From Geosiphon pyriformis uo1 (Eukaryota; Fungi; Glomeromycota): 64,000 bases of DNA. The stretch's first letter is position 1; each line of letters opens with the position of its first letter. Shown one piece after another: positions 25,001-38,913 of the stretch. Position numbers and translations under genes: made by a program. The stretch covers positions 1,184,757-1,248,756 of the forward strand of contig JAAOMT010000134.1 in the NCBI GenBank assembly GCA_016748015.1, read 5' to 3'. The notes under the pieces were generated by a model. The model saw nothing but the letters and a program-made list of their open reading frames with translations. It was not told the DNA's origin and made no database searches.

Positions 25001-28000
25001 TACAACACACTATTCTACCAGAAAAACTCACCTTATCTATTTAAATCCTTATCAATCCAATTAATACAATGATAAGTTCATCAAGAAAGAGATAATTCAA
25101 ATGAAAAATCTTGAATTCATACAAAAAACCAAGAGTAAATGGGCTTTTCCAGTTGTAGTAATATTTAAGAAAAATAAAACTCTATGCTTCTGTGTTGATT
25201 ATTGCCAATTAAATGCTATTACTATAAAAAACATGTACCTATTTTCCAAAATTGATGCAATGCTAGACAAATTCAATGATACTGTTTTCTTCTCAACCAT
25301 TAACTTAACTACTAAATTTTAATAAGTAGAGATGAATTCAGAAAGCAGAAAGAAAACTGTCTTTATTACCAAGTATAACACCTATGAATTCACAGTCATG
25401 TTTTTTGGTCTTACTAATGCCTCCTCCATCTTTCAATGCCTAATGAACAAAGTGTTTGAATCAGTAAAAAAAACTTTGTTCTAGTCTACTTGAACGACAT
25501 AATAGTATACTCAAAAACTTGGGATGAACACCTAGAACATTTACAAAAGATTTTTGATCTTCTTAGAAATATTGGTCTCAAAATTAACCCAATCAAATCT
25601 TTCTTTGGACATCAATCCACCCAGTTTTTTGGTTATCTTATTACAAAATATGGAATCTTCTCTAATTCAGCTAAAGTTAAAAAAGTCCAAAACATTAAAC
25701 AACCAATAAATGTTCCTAAACTATACTTTTTTCTTGGTTTGGCTTCTTACTATTACAAATTTATTAAGAATTTCTCTAAAATCACCTTTTCTCTTAATTA
25801 GCTACTCAGAAAAAATGTCAATTATCACTAAGCATACACCAACAAAAAACTTTTGAAACTTTGAAAAAAAAACTTGTTATTAAACCAATTCTTAAGCAAC
25901 CTGATCTGGACCAATTTTTCATTTTCTATATTGATACATCTGGCTATAAATTTGACACTGTTCTCTTACAGAAAGATAAAAATAGCAGAGAATATGCTAT
26001 AACATATGTTAGTAGAACCTTCACACTAGTAGAAAAGAACTATTCAGTTACTGAACAAGAATAATTAGCAGTAATTTGGATTACTAATTACTGAAATCAA
26101 TATCTTCTTGGTGTAAAATTCCTAATAATAACAAATTATCAAGTCTTGATTTGGTTGTACAACAAAAAAAAGCTGAAACATAAATAGATAACTTACTAAA
26201 TACTTTATCTGGATGAATTCAACTATAATATTTAACACTACAAAGAAGCAAATTATCAAAACACTAATGCTTTCTCTAAACTTATTATTCAATAATAGTA
26301 TAATCTCTCAACCAAATCAACTTAATTATTAATAACTCTCTCATAAACAAACATAATAATGAACTTAAACAACTATTCTGCCTTAATAAAATTTTTGAGT
26401 AAAGGACAATACCCACCAAAATACACTTGACAGCAAAGAAAACATTTGCACAAACAATCAAATTTCTATTTAATTTACTAGAACCAACTATATAAAAGAA
26501 ATAAAAAAGATTCTGACTGTTTTCAAAAAGTTATTAGATTTGAAGAAAGAAAAATTGTAATCTATAATATACACACTGATCCATTAGCTAAACACTTTGG
26601 AAAAACAAAAACAATTCAGAAAACTTTAATTTATTATTATTGGCCTACCTTAGAAAAAGACATTGCTGAGTACATTAAAATCTGTAACACCTGCCAAAGA
26701 AGAGACAAACCCAACTGAAAAGAAGATATCTATCCAATTTCTGTTGGCTAACTATTTGACAGAATTGATATAGATATTGTTATTTCTCTTAACAATAACT
26801 TCTAATAGCAATAAATATATTATTACAGCTACTGATTATCTTACAAAGTAAGTAAAAGCAAGAGTTACTTCAGACCAAACAGCAGTCTCAATAGTCAACT
26901 TTATTTATAAAGATATTATCTGCTATTATGGTTGCTTCAAAAAACTTTTATCTGATAAAAAAAGAGCTTTTTTCAGTACACTGATTAAAAAACTTTGTAG
27001 AAAAATGGAAATACATCATAAACTTTCCTCCTCTTACCACCTTCAAACAAATGGCCTAATGAAACATTTTAATAAAACACCATGTAAAATCTTAACCAAA
27101 ACCAATAAAAAAACAAACTTATAAAACAAAGTACTGTCTTTAACTTTGTTTGCCTATAAAACTGTAAATCATGACATAACAAGTTATAAACTTTTTTATT
27201 TACTCTATAAACACATGACAACACTACTAATAGAAACTAATATTGAAATAATATTCTTTGAAAAAATTACAATAGAGAATTACAGACTTATTAGTAGAAA
27301 CATGAATAATTGCCTTTAAAAAGATAAAACAGTTCCAAAAAAAGCTTAAGAAAAAAAAACTTATAAAAAATTTTTCTTAAGTGTTAATAACTTAGTACTG
27401 GAATATCATTCAGACAGAGACAATGTCTATAGTGATAAATTTTTTAGCCAATGGAAAAGACTCTTTTTAGTCAACAAAGTTTTGAACAATGGTTTTTATA
27501 TTCTTTAAAATTAATTCAAAACAATCTTTATTAATTATTCTGTTTATAGTACATAACTTAAAAAATATTACAAACAACTTGATTGGTTATCTGTTATAAT
27601 AATACTGACCTAAATAATTAGTAGAAATCAAGTATAAATAAATACACTATTCCCAAAACAAAGGTATCTTTAATCAATATGAATAATTATTTCCTGGATC
27701 AAAACATTCAAAATGTTTTCTATATTCTTTATGAGTATTAAATCAAAAATTATCCAAATGCTATTTTGATCATTGGAAAACAAACTACCATAACTGATAA
27801 TAGTAGAACACATACTGTTATTAAACTTAAAAAAACCACTATTAGAAGAAAAAAAATTGGTAGCAAAATAGATAAATATTTGTTGGAAAGTATAACAGCA
27901 GCTATACTCCCACCTTTCAGCACAATTGGAAAAACAATCCAAAAAATCTTGTTCATAGACAAAAACTTGTTATATAGAAAACAATTAAAACTCTATGGTT

Positions 28001-28304
28001 ATTTTGGTGAAATTATAGAAAATCTAAAACTTATGAAGAAAACAACTTCAAAGATACAGGTAAAAATTTTGGATATTATATGGTTAAATATTTCAAGAGT
28101 TTTAACTATTGTTAAAAGAGCCAAAACTTTAATACAAATATTTGGTCTCTTGGGTATAAAACTTATTTCATTTTAAGTATTATATATCCTATCTATAAAA
28201 GACTTTAATAAACTAGTTAGCTTTGAGTTAGACAAAATCTTTTAAATAGATTATCCTATAAATAACTTGATTTTGTCAGAGCTTAATTTCTTTGAAAAAA
28301 ATAA

Positions 28305-29038
28305 TATTATAGTTGAAACTCATACTTTTTATTGGTTATTATATGTATTAGCCACTGATGTCATATAATTAACCACTCTATTTTTAGATAGTGATCATTG
28401 ATCTGATCAATAACCTGATTATTGATTTGATTATTAATCTAATTATTAACTTGATCAATAACCTGATTATTGATCTAGTCATTAATCTGGTCATTGACTA
28501 CTTTCAATAGCTATATAAAAAATAAGTCTCTTAGCTGTAAAAAGACATAATTAAATTAACAAAATAAAGCACATTATCAATTATTTCTTCTTATATCACT
28601 TATTCTCTTTTCCTTACTTTCAAGTATTTGAACATTTTGAAATAAAAGATTACTTATTAGTATTTACATACTTTATTTTTTTCTCTTCTTGATTTGTATT
28701 TATTAGAATTAACCTAAGAAATAATTGCTTGCTCTTGTAATTTATTGAATAAAGAAATGATTGAAAAGCACAACAATATCTGTTATTGATTCTAAAAATT
28801 ACTAAGTAAAGCATAGAATAATAGCAGTAGTGTTATTTTGTTGACAATTACAGACTATTTCTCTACTTTTAAATTTCCAAAAAATTTACAACTGTGATTT
28901 TATGAGACTAATTACATATATTAAATCTTTACTTATTCAATTTGCTTCCATATTGTAATTTTCTCTTTGATTATTTTTATTACTCTACAATTCTGTTTTC
29001 TTTTGCTATCTATTAGCTTATTATTCCAACTCATAACA
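28305..29038 (+). repeat. 3' LTR of G1
   Basis: Collinear with 21306-22027 and differing almost only by transitions. Preceded by a mutated PPT. Confidence 0.92.
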
Positions 29039-29528
29039 ATATTAATTAACTATTCATAACAATATTTAATATTTTTTTTTATTATTTATTTATTTTTTAT
29101 TTTTTTATTTTTAATATTTAAATATATATAAATAAAAATTAATTGTTAATATTTACATATTTTATTTTATTTTTTCTTAATTTGTATTGTTAAAATTAAT
29201 TTGAAAAATATAAACTATTTTTTTATCTTTAAATTTATCAAAAAAAATTAAGTAATTGTAATTTTAATTTAATTTTTTCTAATTATTATTATTATTTTTA
29301 ATAGTTTTTTTGCTATTTATTAATTTATTATTTAAACTTATAATAATATTATAAATAATTTAATAAAAAACATATTATAAACATAAATTAACTTTTTAAA
29401 GTTAAATAAAATAAAAAATACTAAAATATATTTGTTAAAAAAATAAAACCAATATATAATATCAAATTATAAAACACTATTTAAAAAATCTATTTGTAAT
29501 ATAAAAAATACTTTTAATAAAAACTTAT

Positions 29529-31816
29529 TTTTTTTTATTAAGATTTAATAAACATGATCTAACTATTATCTAGAAATTAGAAACAAATAAGTGTTTTAAA
29601 AATAAATATAATTCATGTGTTTTTTATATATAACTAGCTATTTAAGCCAATTTAAATTATGCTACATTTATACAATAAAAATAAACTTACTCAAAACCAA
29701 TATTTTTTAAACTATGTCAAACAATCTAATATTACAAAAAACCAATCTAACTAGTTATTTAGCTGTTTTCAAAGAATTAGTTTTAACACTATTAAGTTTA
29801 TATATCCAAAAGAACATTAAATTAAAAAATGTATTATTATTAATACTAACTGAAAGATCCAAATTACCAAACATGACAACATTATTTATGCAGTATTTTT
29901 TTTTTAACAAAACCATCTTTCTTTTCAACTTACTAACAACTCTGTTAAAAAAACTTAAATAAACCATAAATTTATTAATTTTAAGATTAAAAACACTGCT
30001 TAAAACCAAATTATTCTTAATAAATTGTTCAAATACAACAACCAAAAAGCTAACAAACTTAATAATTAACTCAACCAATACAAAAAGTTTGGCTAACTCA
30101 AATTTTAAAAAAATCAAACAAGAAAACACCAAAAAATTACCAACAATTACAAAAAAAAAACAAAAATTATTAGAGGTAAAAACTTAGAAGAGTTTAAAAA
30201 AACAAAAACTTTAACATAAAACTTAGCATTTATAAAACATGATACAAATATTTTAAGAACTTTGAAACTCTTGAAAAGAAAAAGTAAAGATACCTTATAG
30301 TTTATAGCCAGATGATTTACTTTTTAACACTTAAAACAGCACTAACAATTAAAAGTTTTTTATCAAATATGGCACTTTCTTAATATATTAGTCTTAACTA
30401 TTATAGTATTTAAATTAATTTAAGATTCAAATATAACCAAACCAAACCAAAAACAGTAACCAAAATTAGAAAAATAAAGAATAAAACAAGTTTAATCACC
30501 AATCTAAGAGATTATATTACTAATCTTAAAGGCAGTACAGCCAGAAAAAAGATTAATTAACTTGTTTTTAAATTTATTATAAAACAAAACAATCTTATTT
30601 TAATTAATCAAAGAAAGAATTTTAATATTATTTTTGCTCACTAATATTAACTAATAATTTAAAGCCAATACAGCAACATTTAGTTTTTTAAAATAAACAA
30701 TAATGTATTATCAAATACTAGCAAATCTTAGTATAAAATGAGCAATCTTACTAAAAACACTAAATACTGTCTTAATATTAGCAACAGACACATTCAAAGA
30801 CACATTATGCAGAACAATAACAACAAAAAAAAAACCAAACTTAGAAATCACCAAAAATTTGGCAATTTTAAAAGTAGTCAAATGAACAAAGCTTGTAAAT
30901 TCAACCAAAAAAACAGTTTCTAAAGACATTTAAGAAGCAAATTTTATACAAAAGAGCTTTATATTGTTTTTTAATATTGATTTTAAACTTAAAAAACCAT
31001 ATACAGATTAAAAAACAGTCTTAATATAAACCAATTTAATCTTAAAAATAACATTAGATATTAGAATAAAAACCACTTACTTAGTAAATTTTTGATGACT
31101 AAAAATTATTTTTTAAGTACTATTAGCAGCAGTACTAGAAATCAATAAAAAAATTGATTCAGTTTTTATTTAATTAGTTCAGTTCTTAAGAACAAATTAT
31201 TTAACAAAGGACTGTTGTTTTGCTTTTAAAACTGGTAATAATCTGCCAAAAAACATTATTTTTGACAATATAGTTAGTAATTAATCTTGGCTTATCTTAA
31301 ATAATGGGCTAAATAATACAATAAAAATTTTATTTAAGATCTTATTAGAAATTACAAAGGGGTTTAATATAACAATAGCAAAGGCAAATAACTACTTCTA
31401 CTTTTTTGAATTTTTGGTTTTTTTAACCATTTTTTTTAAAAAAGTAGTGTTAAAAGCACCAGATATAAAAACTATAAAAGAAAAATCTAGCTTATTAATT
31501 GGTCTATTATTAAAAACTTTTAGGCTTTTAAAAGAAGTGGAAACAATATTAAGACTAATCCAAGTGTGTTTTTTTAAAAAAACTTTAACTAATAAAAAAC
31601 CAGCCAAAAATAAAAAAAATGTTTTAGTAATTACCAAAAACAGCTTTTTATTATTACTAATTAAAAAAAAAGCTTCTAAAATGTTCTGCCTAGCTGCTTT
31701 TACAATAGAAAAAACTTCTCTAGTTAAAACTTTGTAAAATACCAAAAAAAAAACACCAATTACAGCTTTTTTTACTTTTTGCTCTGGTCATGATCATAAA
31801 ATTAAAGAGACAAAAA
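29529..31816 (-). mobile_element. ORF1-only half-LINE, copy E2 (more degenerate)
   Basis: ORF 31797-29662 is homologous to E1 along its whole length (ARQNILEAF.., MSLETVFLVEFTS.., KTNSLKTAK). The stop is followed by the shared tail and poly(A). TSD ataaaa(a)cttat at about 29517 and 31817. Confidence 0.83.
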
Positions 31817-32673
31817 ATAAAACTTATATATATATTATAAAAAATTTGGTTTGCTTAATTATAACTATAATTATTAAAAAATAAAATTGGCTATTTTTAT
31901 AATATTTAATAATACTTTTTAATAATAGTAAGAAAAATACAATTATTTTTAATAATAATATATTGTTTTATTGATTTTAAAAACAATTATAAAAGTGTTT
32001 AATATAAAGGAATGTAATTTTAATTGGTTTAAATGTTTAATATATGTAAACAAAGCATAATTTACATTTACTTTAAACATGTATATGTATTAACATAGTA
32101 AATTGTATTTAGACTACATTTTTATAAGCAAAAAAATATATATATATTTAATATAATAAATAAAGCTAATAATAATGTTAAAAAATTGATTATTTTTTAT
32201 CATTCAATTCATACTTCATACTTTGTAATAATTGAGCAAAAATTTATTTATTTTTACATTTTAAAAGCAATCTTAATGTTAATGCTCTTGAACACCGAAA
32301 GACTTATTCTTTCATTTAGTTCCACTGTTTGATTAAAACTTTACAATATATATTTGATAAACTAAACACAGTAATAATAATTAATGACAGTTCTATCAAA
32401 GACGCCATCGTCCCAAGACCTAATATAAAATTTTGAGTCCGCCACTGTGAAGGTTTAAATTGGTCACTGGTAAAAGACTTCTGGATCCATATATAATCAA
32501 AGACCTCAAAAAATCTTCAAAGAATGCATAAGATAAACGTTGTTTTTCTTGTTATGTAAATAAATGAAGCTTAAGTAGATTAACTATTCTAGGTTTGAAA
32601 CTTAGGACTGAATCCAAAAGCGACTCACCATGAGTTATCAAATATATCGTACATAAAATATGTGAATTCATAT

Positions 32674-35600
32674 TTACAATCTGCAGGAAGATGAAGGTTA
32701 AATAAATTTCATGAGTATCTGAAACAACAAATAGGCCAATACTTACGCAGTCCCACGTTCAAAATTCTCTTTGATTTCTTTGGTATAGGGGTCGTAGTGA
32801 CGTGCAATCTTGAAATTAAATCGCCTATTGCGTTCATTAATATACGTGATATCGTCATCCTCATTTATAGGTCTTTCACGAGAATATTGCGCTCGTTTTG
32901 CGATTCTACAGGAGTAAATTAGGTAGTGAATACAACCCATGAAATCTCGAAACCAAAGTATGAAAAAAGTAAAATATATCTCACTGTTTATTCACATCAA
33001 TGACAACACGATCAATAGCTTCCCGACTCAGAGTTCGATCTACCGTGGCATATGAGAGAGAGTTGGCGTCCCGATAGAAGCTAGATTCGGCATCGATGCG
33101 TACTAATTCCCCATCTTCAGTTGTGACTAAAGAAGCGGAAGCCAAAGCAGCGGCTTTTTGTTCATTATAAGCAGCGAGATTTGGCTTGAACTCATTGATA
33201 AGACGATTATATTTCTTTTCGGCAACTTGATTGTAATCTGTGGTATGAAATAAATTAGGTAAAGAAAAAAAGAATAATAGTAACAATAGAAGGATCAAAA
33301 GGGGAAGACTGTATTTAGTACCAGTAAAACCAATTTCGGCACGTTTCGCTTTTTTTTCTTGTTTTTCCTCCCATTTTTCAACCGACTCTGCCGAGTATTT
33401 CCAGAAATTTTTTCGTTCCCAATCTTCACCATTTTTTTCAGCTTCCTAAAATTTTCGATTAAATTTTCAATCGTTTTTCATTGGAGCAATGAATTGAGCC
33501 AAAACTAAATTACTTTTTGGGTCATTAGCTTTTCCGCCTCCTCTCTTTTTCTTTCACGTCGAATGTCTTCTTTGGGGTTGATTTTAGAGCGTTGATGCTC
33601 GGCATAAAGTTCTTTACGATTTGCTTGGGCCGAGTCGTCCTAAAGTCATTGAGTTGGTCACAAGATTTCATAGCAATATCAATAGCTTGAGATAGAGAAA
33701 ATACCTTTCGTTTTCTCAATTCCAAAAATTTTGCCATGCGAATATCGAGCTTCGGGTCTATGTCAATAATTGGGGGTGTTTGATCTATTGTAAGACTTTC
33801 TACCGGTTGTTGAGGCGGTTTTTCAGATTTAACTGGAATTGGAGAGAGTACATCATTGGTTTTATTTTTAGAGCCTTCACAAACTTCTATCTCGGTTGTC
33901 TGAGGCTTTTCAGGATTTTGATCAACGTCTTGAGGATTTGCCGACACTGTTTCTTCCTTGGCGGAATTCTGAGCTATGGCTTTTTGCCTTTCTGCAGATC
34001 TAAGATCGCGAGATCCAAGTTTTGGGGCTACATTTTGTTTTTGAAGTTGAATTCTTCTCGACTTACGGGCGGTTGTGGCATTTTGATTTAGCTCAACAGG
34101 TATCTCAATAGCATCTGACTTCAATTTTTTATTCGAACCAGTAGTTTCTGACTTAGTGGCCTCGTCCTCCTGTTTTCCATTTGCTGCTTCAATGTCCTCA
34201 GCTTTATCAGTGGTATTTTGGGAATTGGTTTCTTCCTGTTTTTGCTTTCTTTTTCTGCCCCTCTGAGTGGTACTCTGCGAAGAGCCTGTTGCAGAATGAT
34301 TTGTCGTTGAACCATTATCCGTGGAACTCTTTTGGGTCGATATTGAAGTTTCATTGCCAGTAGGAATCCCTTCTTGTTTTTGACGTTTTGCTCGACCTTT
34401 AGGAGTGCCTTTAGGTTTTTCCTTTAAATGATCATTATTTTGAGGATCACTTGTAGATGCAGGAATTACATCATCTTGTTTTTGTCCCTTTTTACCACTA
34501 GGCAAAGGAGCAGAAAGCGAGAGATCTTCAGAGGTTTGATCTTGAGGTTTGGGAGATATTTCATCGACTTGAGAAGAAAGTTGTTCTTTCTTCTTTTTGC
34601 CTTTAGTACTTGGATTGGCAACAGTTTTGAGATCTTGAGACGCAGCCTCCTCATTATTTTTTATTGGTAACTGTTTTGTTTCAGTTGATTCGGAAGGTTT
34701 TTCTTGAGCATTGTCGGCTGATGTTTGAACTGTATCGATTTTTGGCTTCTTTGGTCGACCTCTTTTTACAGTAGTTTTTAATGGAGTTTCCTGCGGTTGA
34801 TCTGATTCACTAGGATGATTTTTATCTGGGGCTGATTGGGAAGTCCCAGTTTCATGTAAAGTTTCCTCTGGCTTTGGTTTGGAGGATCTTCCTCGTTTTG
34901 CTGGAGGCTTAGTATCAGTACGGTCTTCAATGGGAGAATGTGTAGTCGCATGTTCTTCAGTAGAAGTTTTCTTTGGTTTCCTTCCCCTTTTTACCGGTGA
35001 CTTGGCCTTATTATCCTGAAGTTCCTCTGCAGGAGATTCTTCAGCAGACGCTTTGTTTGATTGCCTTACTCTTCTTATTGGTTTCACTTGAACTTTTTTA
35101 GATTCAGGCTCTTCCTGTTGCAAGAGAACATTATCATTGATTTCATTTGATATTTTGGTCTTTACGTCTTCTGCTTCTTCTTTTTGTTGCCCATTTTTGG
35201 GCTTGGGTACATCGACATTTGTCTTTTCATTGCTGTTGGATTCTAATGATTGATTAATCAATTTAAATCTTTATATAACATCAAAATTCTAAAATTTAAT
35301 GAAAATTAGGCTTTGGTGTAATGTTTATCCTTGGAAACACTTGATGGGTTGTCCAGTGTAATTTTCCGAGAACTTATAATTTGAGTACCTATGCTTCTAC
35401 GAGGTTTGATTTACCCCTACCTCGTTTACCCTGAGTTTTTCCAGTATCTTCTTCAATTTTTTCGTCTGGAGATGGTTCAGGTTGGACAGCAGCCTTGGAA
35501 ATTTCCTCGGCTTTTTGTGCTTTGGTAGGCCTGCCACGACGAACTACTTTTTTGGGCTGCTCTTCATCCTCTCCCTTACTCGTGTTATCGACTTGAGAAG

Positions 35601-35859
35601 TCGGAGGATTTTGTTCTTCATTCATTGTAACGTCTTTTGTGGTAGTTGCTGTCTTTGCTTTTGGAGGTCTACCCCTACGCGTGGTGACCACAGTAGAAGC
35701 CTTGGAAGAATCAACATCAGCTACTTCTGGTTGCTGTGAGATTGATAATTGAGCCTGATTGATATCAGTTGACGTCACTTCTTGGTCAGTATTGTTTTGG
35801 GGTTGTTTCTTGGAATTACGTGTGGTAACCGAGTGAGTTGTCTTTCTCTTAGGAGGCAT
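32674..35859 (-). CDS. SYF2: Pre-mRNA splicing factor SYF2 (NTC component) with a ~640-aa low-complexity, multi-AT-hook N-terminal extension, about 883 aa. Exons 35859-35415, 35242-33705, 33639-33514, 33445-33322, 33237-32985, 32905-32747, 32680-32674
   Basis: SYF2 domain: [90 protein letters not shown]. All introns are GT..AG and phase-consistent. The exon 1-2 junction is the least certain. Confidence 0.9.
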
Positions 35860-37271
35860 ATTTCTTTTAAAGAGATAATTTTTAGCAAGTGGTTTATATT
35901 AAAAGTTGTTTAGGTCAAAAAATCAAGCGCATTCTAATGACATTTTTCTTTCGCATGTTGATCTCGACCCATTTTGATTAGACAAATCCAATGTTTTTGT
36001 CATTATTATGTACATAAGAAAAACCTGAATTAATTTACCATTGGTCGAAATTGTTCCCAGATATCATTCTCATACCATTTTGACGCGACAAATGATCCCT
36101 CGTAATTTTGGGCGTCTCGGAACATCGCGAACTGTTAGTTAAACTTAGCACATTGAGGGATGCTCTTACGAGACCCGTCAACAGGAAAATAAGTCAAACA
36201 CCCCCGGTGTCTTCTGAGTTGCAAAAAGGTCAGTAACGCCAAATTTAGTGAATGTGGGAGGCTTAGCTGCATCCTCTGCAAACTAGCCGAATCGGAAGGC
36301 GTGCTCTGGTCGCGTCCTTTTGTTAGGAACGATTCTGGAACATTTCCCGCCAAACAAAGTGATTTGCCTATTCGATACTTCTTACTAGGCATTTTTGCTA
36401 ACCTTTTTTGTGCGATTACACTACTTTATGAATCAGATGCAAGAAAAAAATGACCTGCTGGGAGTACTACCATCTTCAAACCCCTACCTCCCATTGAGGA
36501 TTTGAGTTTCAATATTGTTTGGTTTCAAATCGCTCGATTAATGCTGAATGCTCGGGACAAGCACATTGACATCTCTAATTTGCTGAAATTGTCCGTAGTG
36601 GACAACAGGCTCTTTAGCCTCTTGCCCTATCGATAACCTTGAGACCTGACATCCATCTGGACAATCTTTACATAATTCTGACAAAGATTTCAGCTACAGA
36701 TTTTCAGCATTCTTGAAACTGTGTTGGCGGATGGAAAGTGGCTGTCGAGTTTCGAGCACTAATAAAGGGTTCATAACATGATGTTCACTATTTCGAGGAT
36801 ACTTGGATGGCACTCTGGTTTACAGGCGCGATATGCACTTGTTCATCTGTGGAGAGATCTTGTGCCATCGACACGTTTCAAATCCCGCTTTTCAAGCGAC
36901 CACAGCCTAGTCCTTGCGTAATTCAAAATTATTCTGTTCGAACTCATTTAACCCAATCGCGGCAAAATCGGATCTTGCCAAGTTCCATCCATTGTCACCA
37001 GGAATGAGGTGATACTCCAAATCGTTAGGACGAAAGATCTTCGTCCAGACCTGTGATTTAACATTGTTCGGATGGTTGTACAGAAGGACAGACATAATTA
37101 TCATCTTCGAAATTTGGCAGCTTGGATACTTACCCAATAAATTATAATTGGTTATTAGATATAATCAAAATTGCAGCTTATGTGATCAGTTTCAGGTTTT
37201 GTTTTTAGTCAAAAATATTAATGTTTTAATTTTCATATTAAATAATTCATTTTGGCTTCTTAATTTAAATA

Positions 37272-37583
37272 GGGAATTGCTAAATCGACCCACCCGAACA
37301 CGTGATATTAATATATATAGAATTTTAATATTTATTTATTAGTAATTCTAATAAATATTAGTTTAATTAAAATAAAAATACCTTTTTCTTATATAAAATT
37401 GAATATAGATTATATATTTAATTTTTTATTATGCCTTAAGTAATTTATAGTGTTTTATAATTAAAAAACACTTCGTTGTGGACAACCATAATATTCGTTA
37501 ATATGTTCCTATATATAGTTGAATACGAAACTATGACGTAAATGATATCACGTGTTGCGGGTGGGTCGATTTAGCAAATTCCC
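37272..37583. mobile_element. MITE / non-autonomous DNA transposon, ~38-bp TIRs, 8-bp TSD
   Basis: GGGAATTGCTAAATCGACCCACCCGAACACGTGATAT at 37272 and its near-perfect inverse ending at 37583. TTTAAATA flanks both sides. Confidence 0.88.
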
Positions 37584-38913
37584 TTTAAATATTACATTTA
37601 ATATTATTTTATAATTAATTTTTTTTTATTGTTTAACACTTACAATTTAATAAATTGTTTTATGTTACAAGTGTAGTTTATTTATAAATTAATTCAGTAC
37701 AATGCAATTATATTAAACTAAATTGTATTAAAATCAATAAATACAATTAATTATTTAAATTATTTTAAATTAAACAAAAAAATATATTTTTTGGAAATAA
37801 ATTAATTAAAAGTTTATCAGCTTTTATTAATAACAAAATTAACAGCAAAATAGCATTAACAATATTAAAAAAAGGATTAAAATCTCTAATAACATTATTT
37901 ATAACCATAATTAAACTAGATATTTTAATTAATATAAGTAAAATAATATTAATAAAACCAAAAAAAAACCAAAGTTTCATTTTCTATATAAAAAAACTGG
38001 CTATAAAATAACAAAAATGCTTTAAAAAACACCAAAAAAATAGTGTTTTTAAGTATTTTAAAAAAATTAGCAACAGATTTAATAATAATAAAAGTAAATA
38101 GCTTTAAAGCTTATTTGGCTTTTTAAATTATTTAAATAAGTAAAAAAAATACAATATTAAAAACAGCTTTAATATTAACTTATTATTAAAACTTCTGGAA
38201 TTTTTAAATATAAAAACAATAATTATATAAAACTGTTTTTAATGAATTATTTAAAAAAAACTTTGAATGAAAAAAAACTTTTACTTAAAACCAAAAATAG
38301 TGTTTTTAAACTAATAAAAAACTGAGTTTTTTTAATTTTAATTTTTTTTAAAATACTATCTGTGTATTTTTATTGTAAAAAAAGCTTAAATAATAATTTT
38401 TGAATATATTAAGAATAATAAAAATTGCTTTAAGTTTACTTTTTTCTTTAATTATAAATATAAAACTTATTATAAATATAGTAAATTTTGTAATAATAAA
38501 CTAAAATACAAAAAGATTATTTTTTTAATAAATTAAAAATTGTTATCAAAAAATTTTACACATAAAATATTAATTTTTTTGGTTATTAATAAAAAAGTTT
38601 TACAAAATTAAATAATTTTTAAAAAGTTTTTATTTTTTTAAAGTTTTAAGAAATTATTAAATTAATATTTATTTTTAAATTTAATTTAATTAAAACTATA
38701 ATATTAATCATAAATAAAAATGTTTTAATAAATAGTAATTTTAAAAAATTAGAAATATATTTAAATTAAATAATAATTATTAAAAAAATTCTTATAAATA
38801 TTTTTAAAAAAATAATTATTTTAGCTTTATTCAAGTTTAATAAATAATATTATAATTAAAAATCATGATTTTTATTAATTATTACATATATTTAATAATA
38901 TTATATTAATTAA

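Larger units (their letters stand above)
21306..29038 (+). mobile_element. Full-length degenerate Ty3/gypsy LTR retrotransposon (family A, copy G1): gag-PR-RT-RH / IN / ORF3
   Basis: Two LTRs and a 4-bp TSD ATAT on both sides. Gag DPIKWLDDFERAA with a degenerate knuckle near 23425-23467. PR LILD. RT WAFPVV, FCVDYCQLN, YLNDII. RH YIDTSGY..NYSVTEQE. Integrase about 26359-27637. Confidence 0.93.

Noticed and set aside
32435-32447. GAGTCCGCCACTG, resembling a hAT-type terminal inverted repeat end
   Set aside because: No convincing partner TIR or TSD was found in the window.
33780-35739. Plus-strand ORFs overlapping SYF2
   Set aside because: Antisense shadows of the K/E/Q-rich coding strand.
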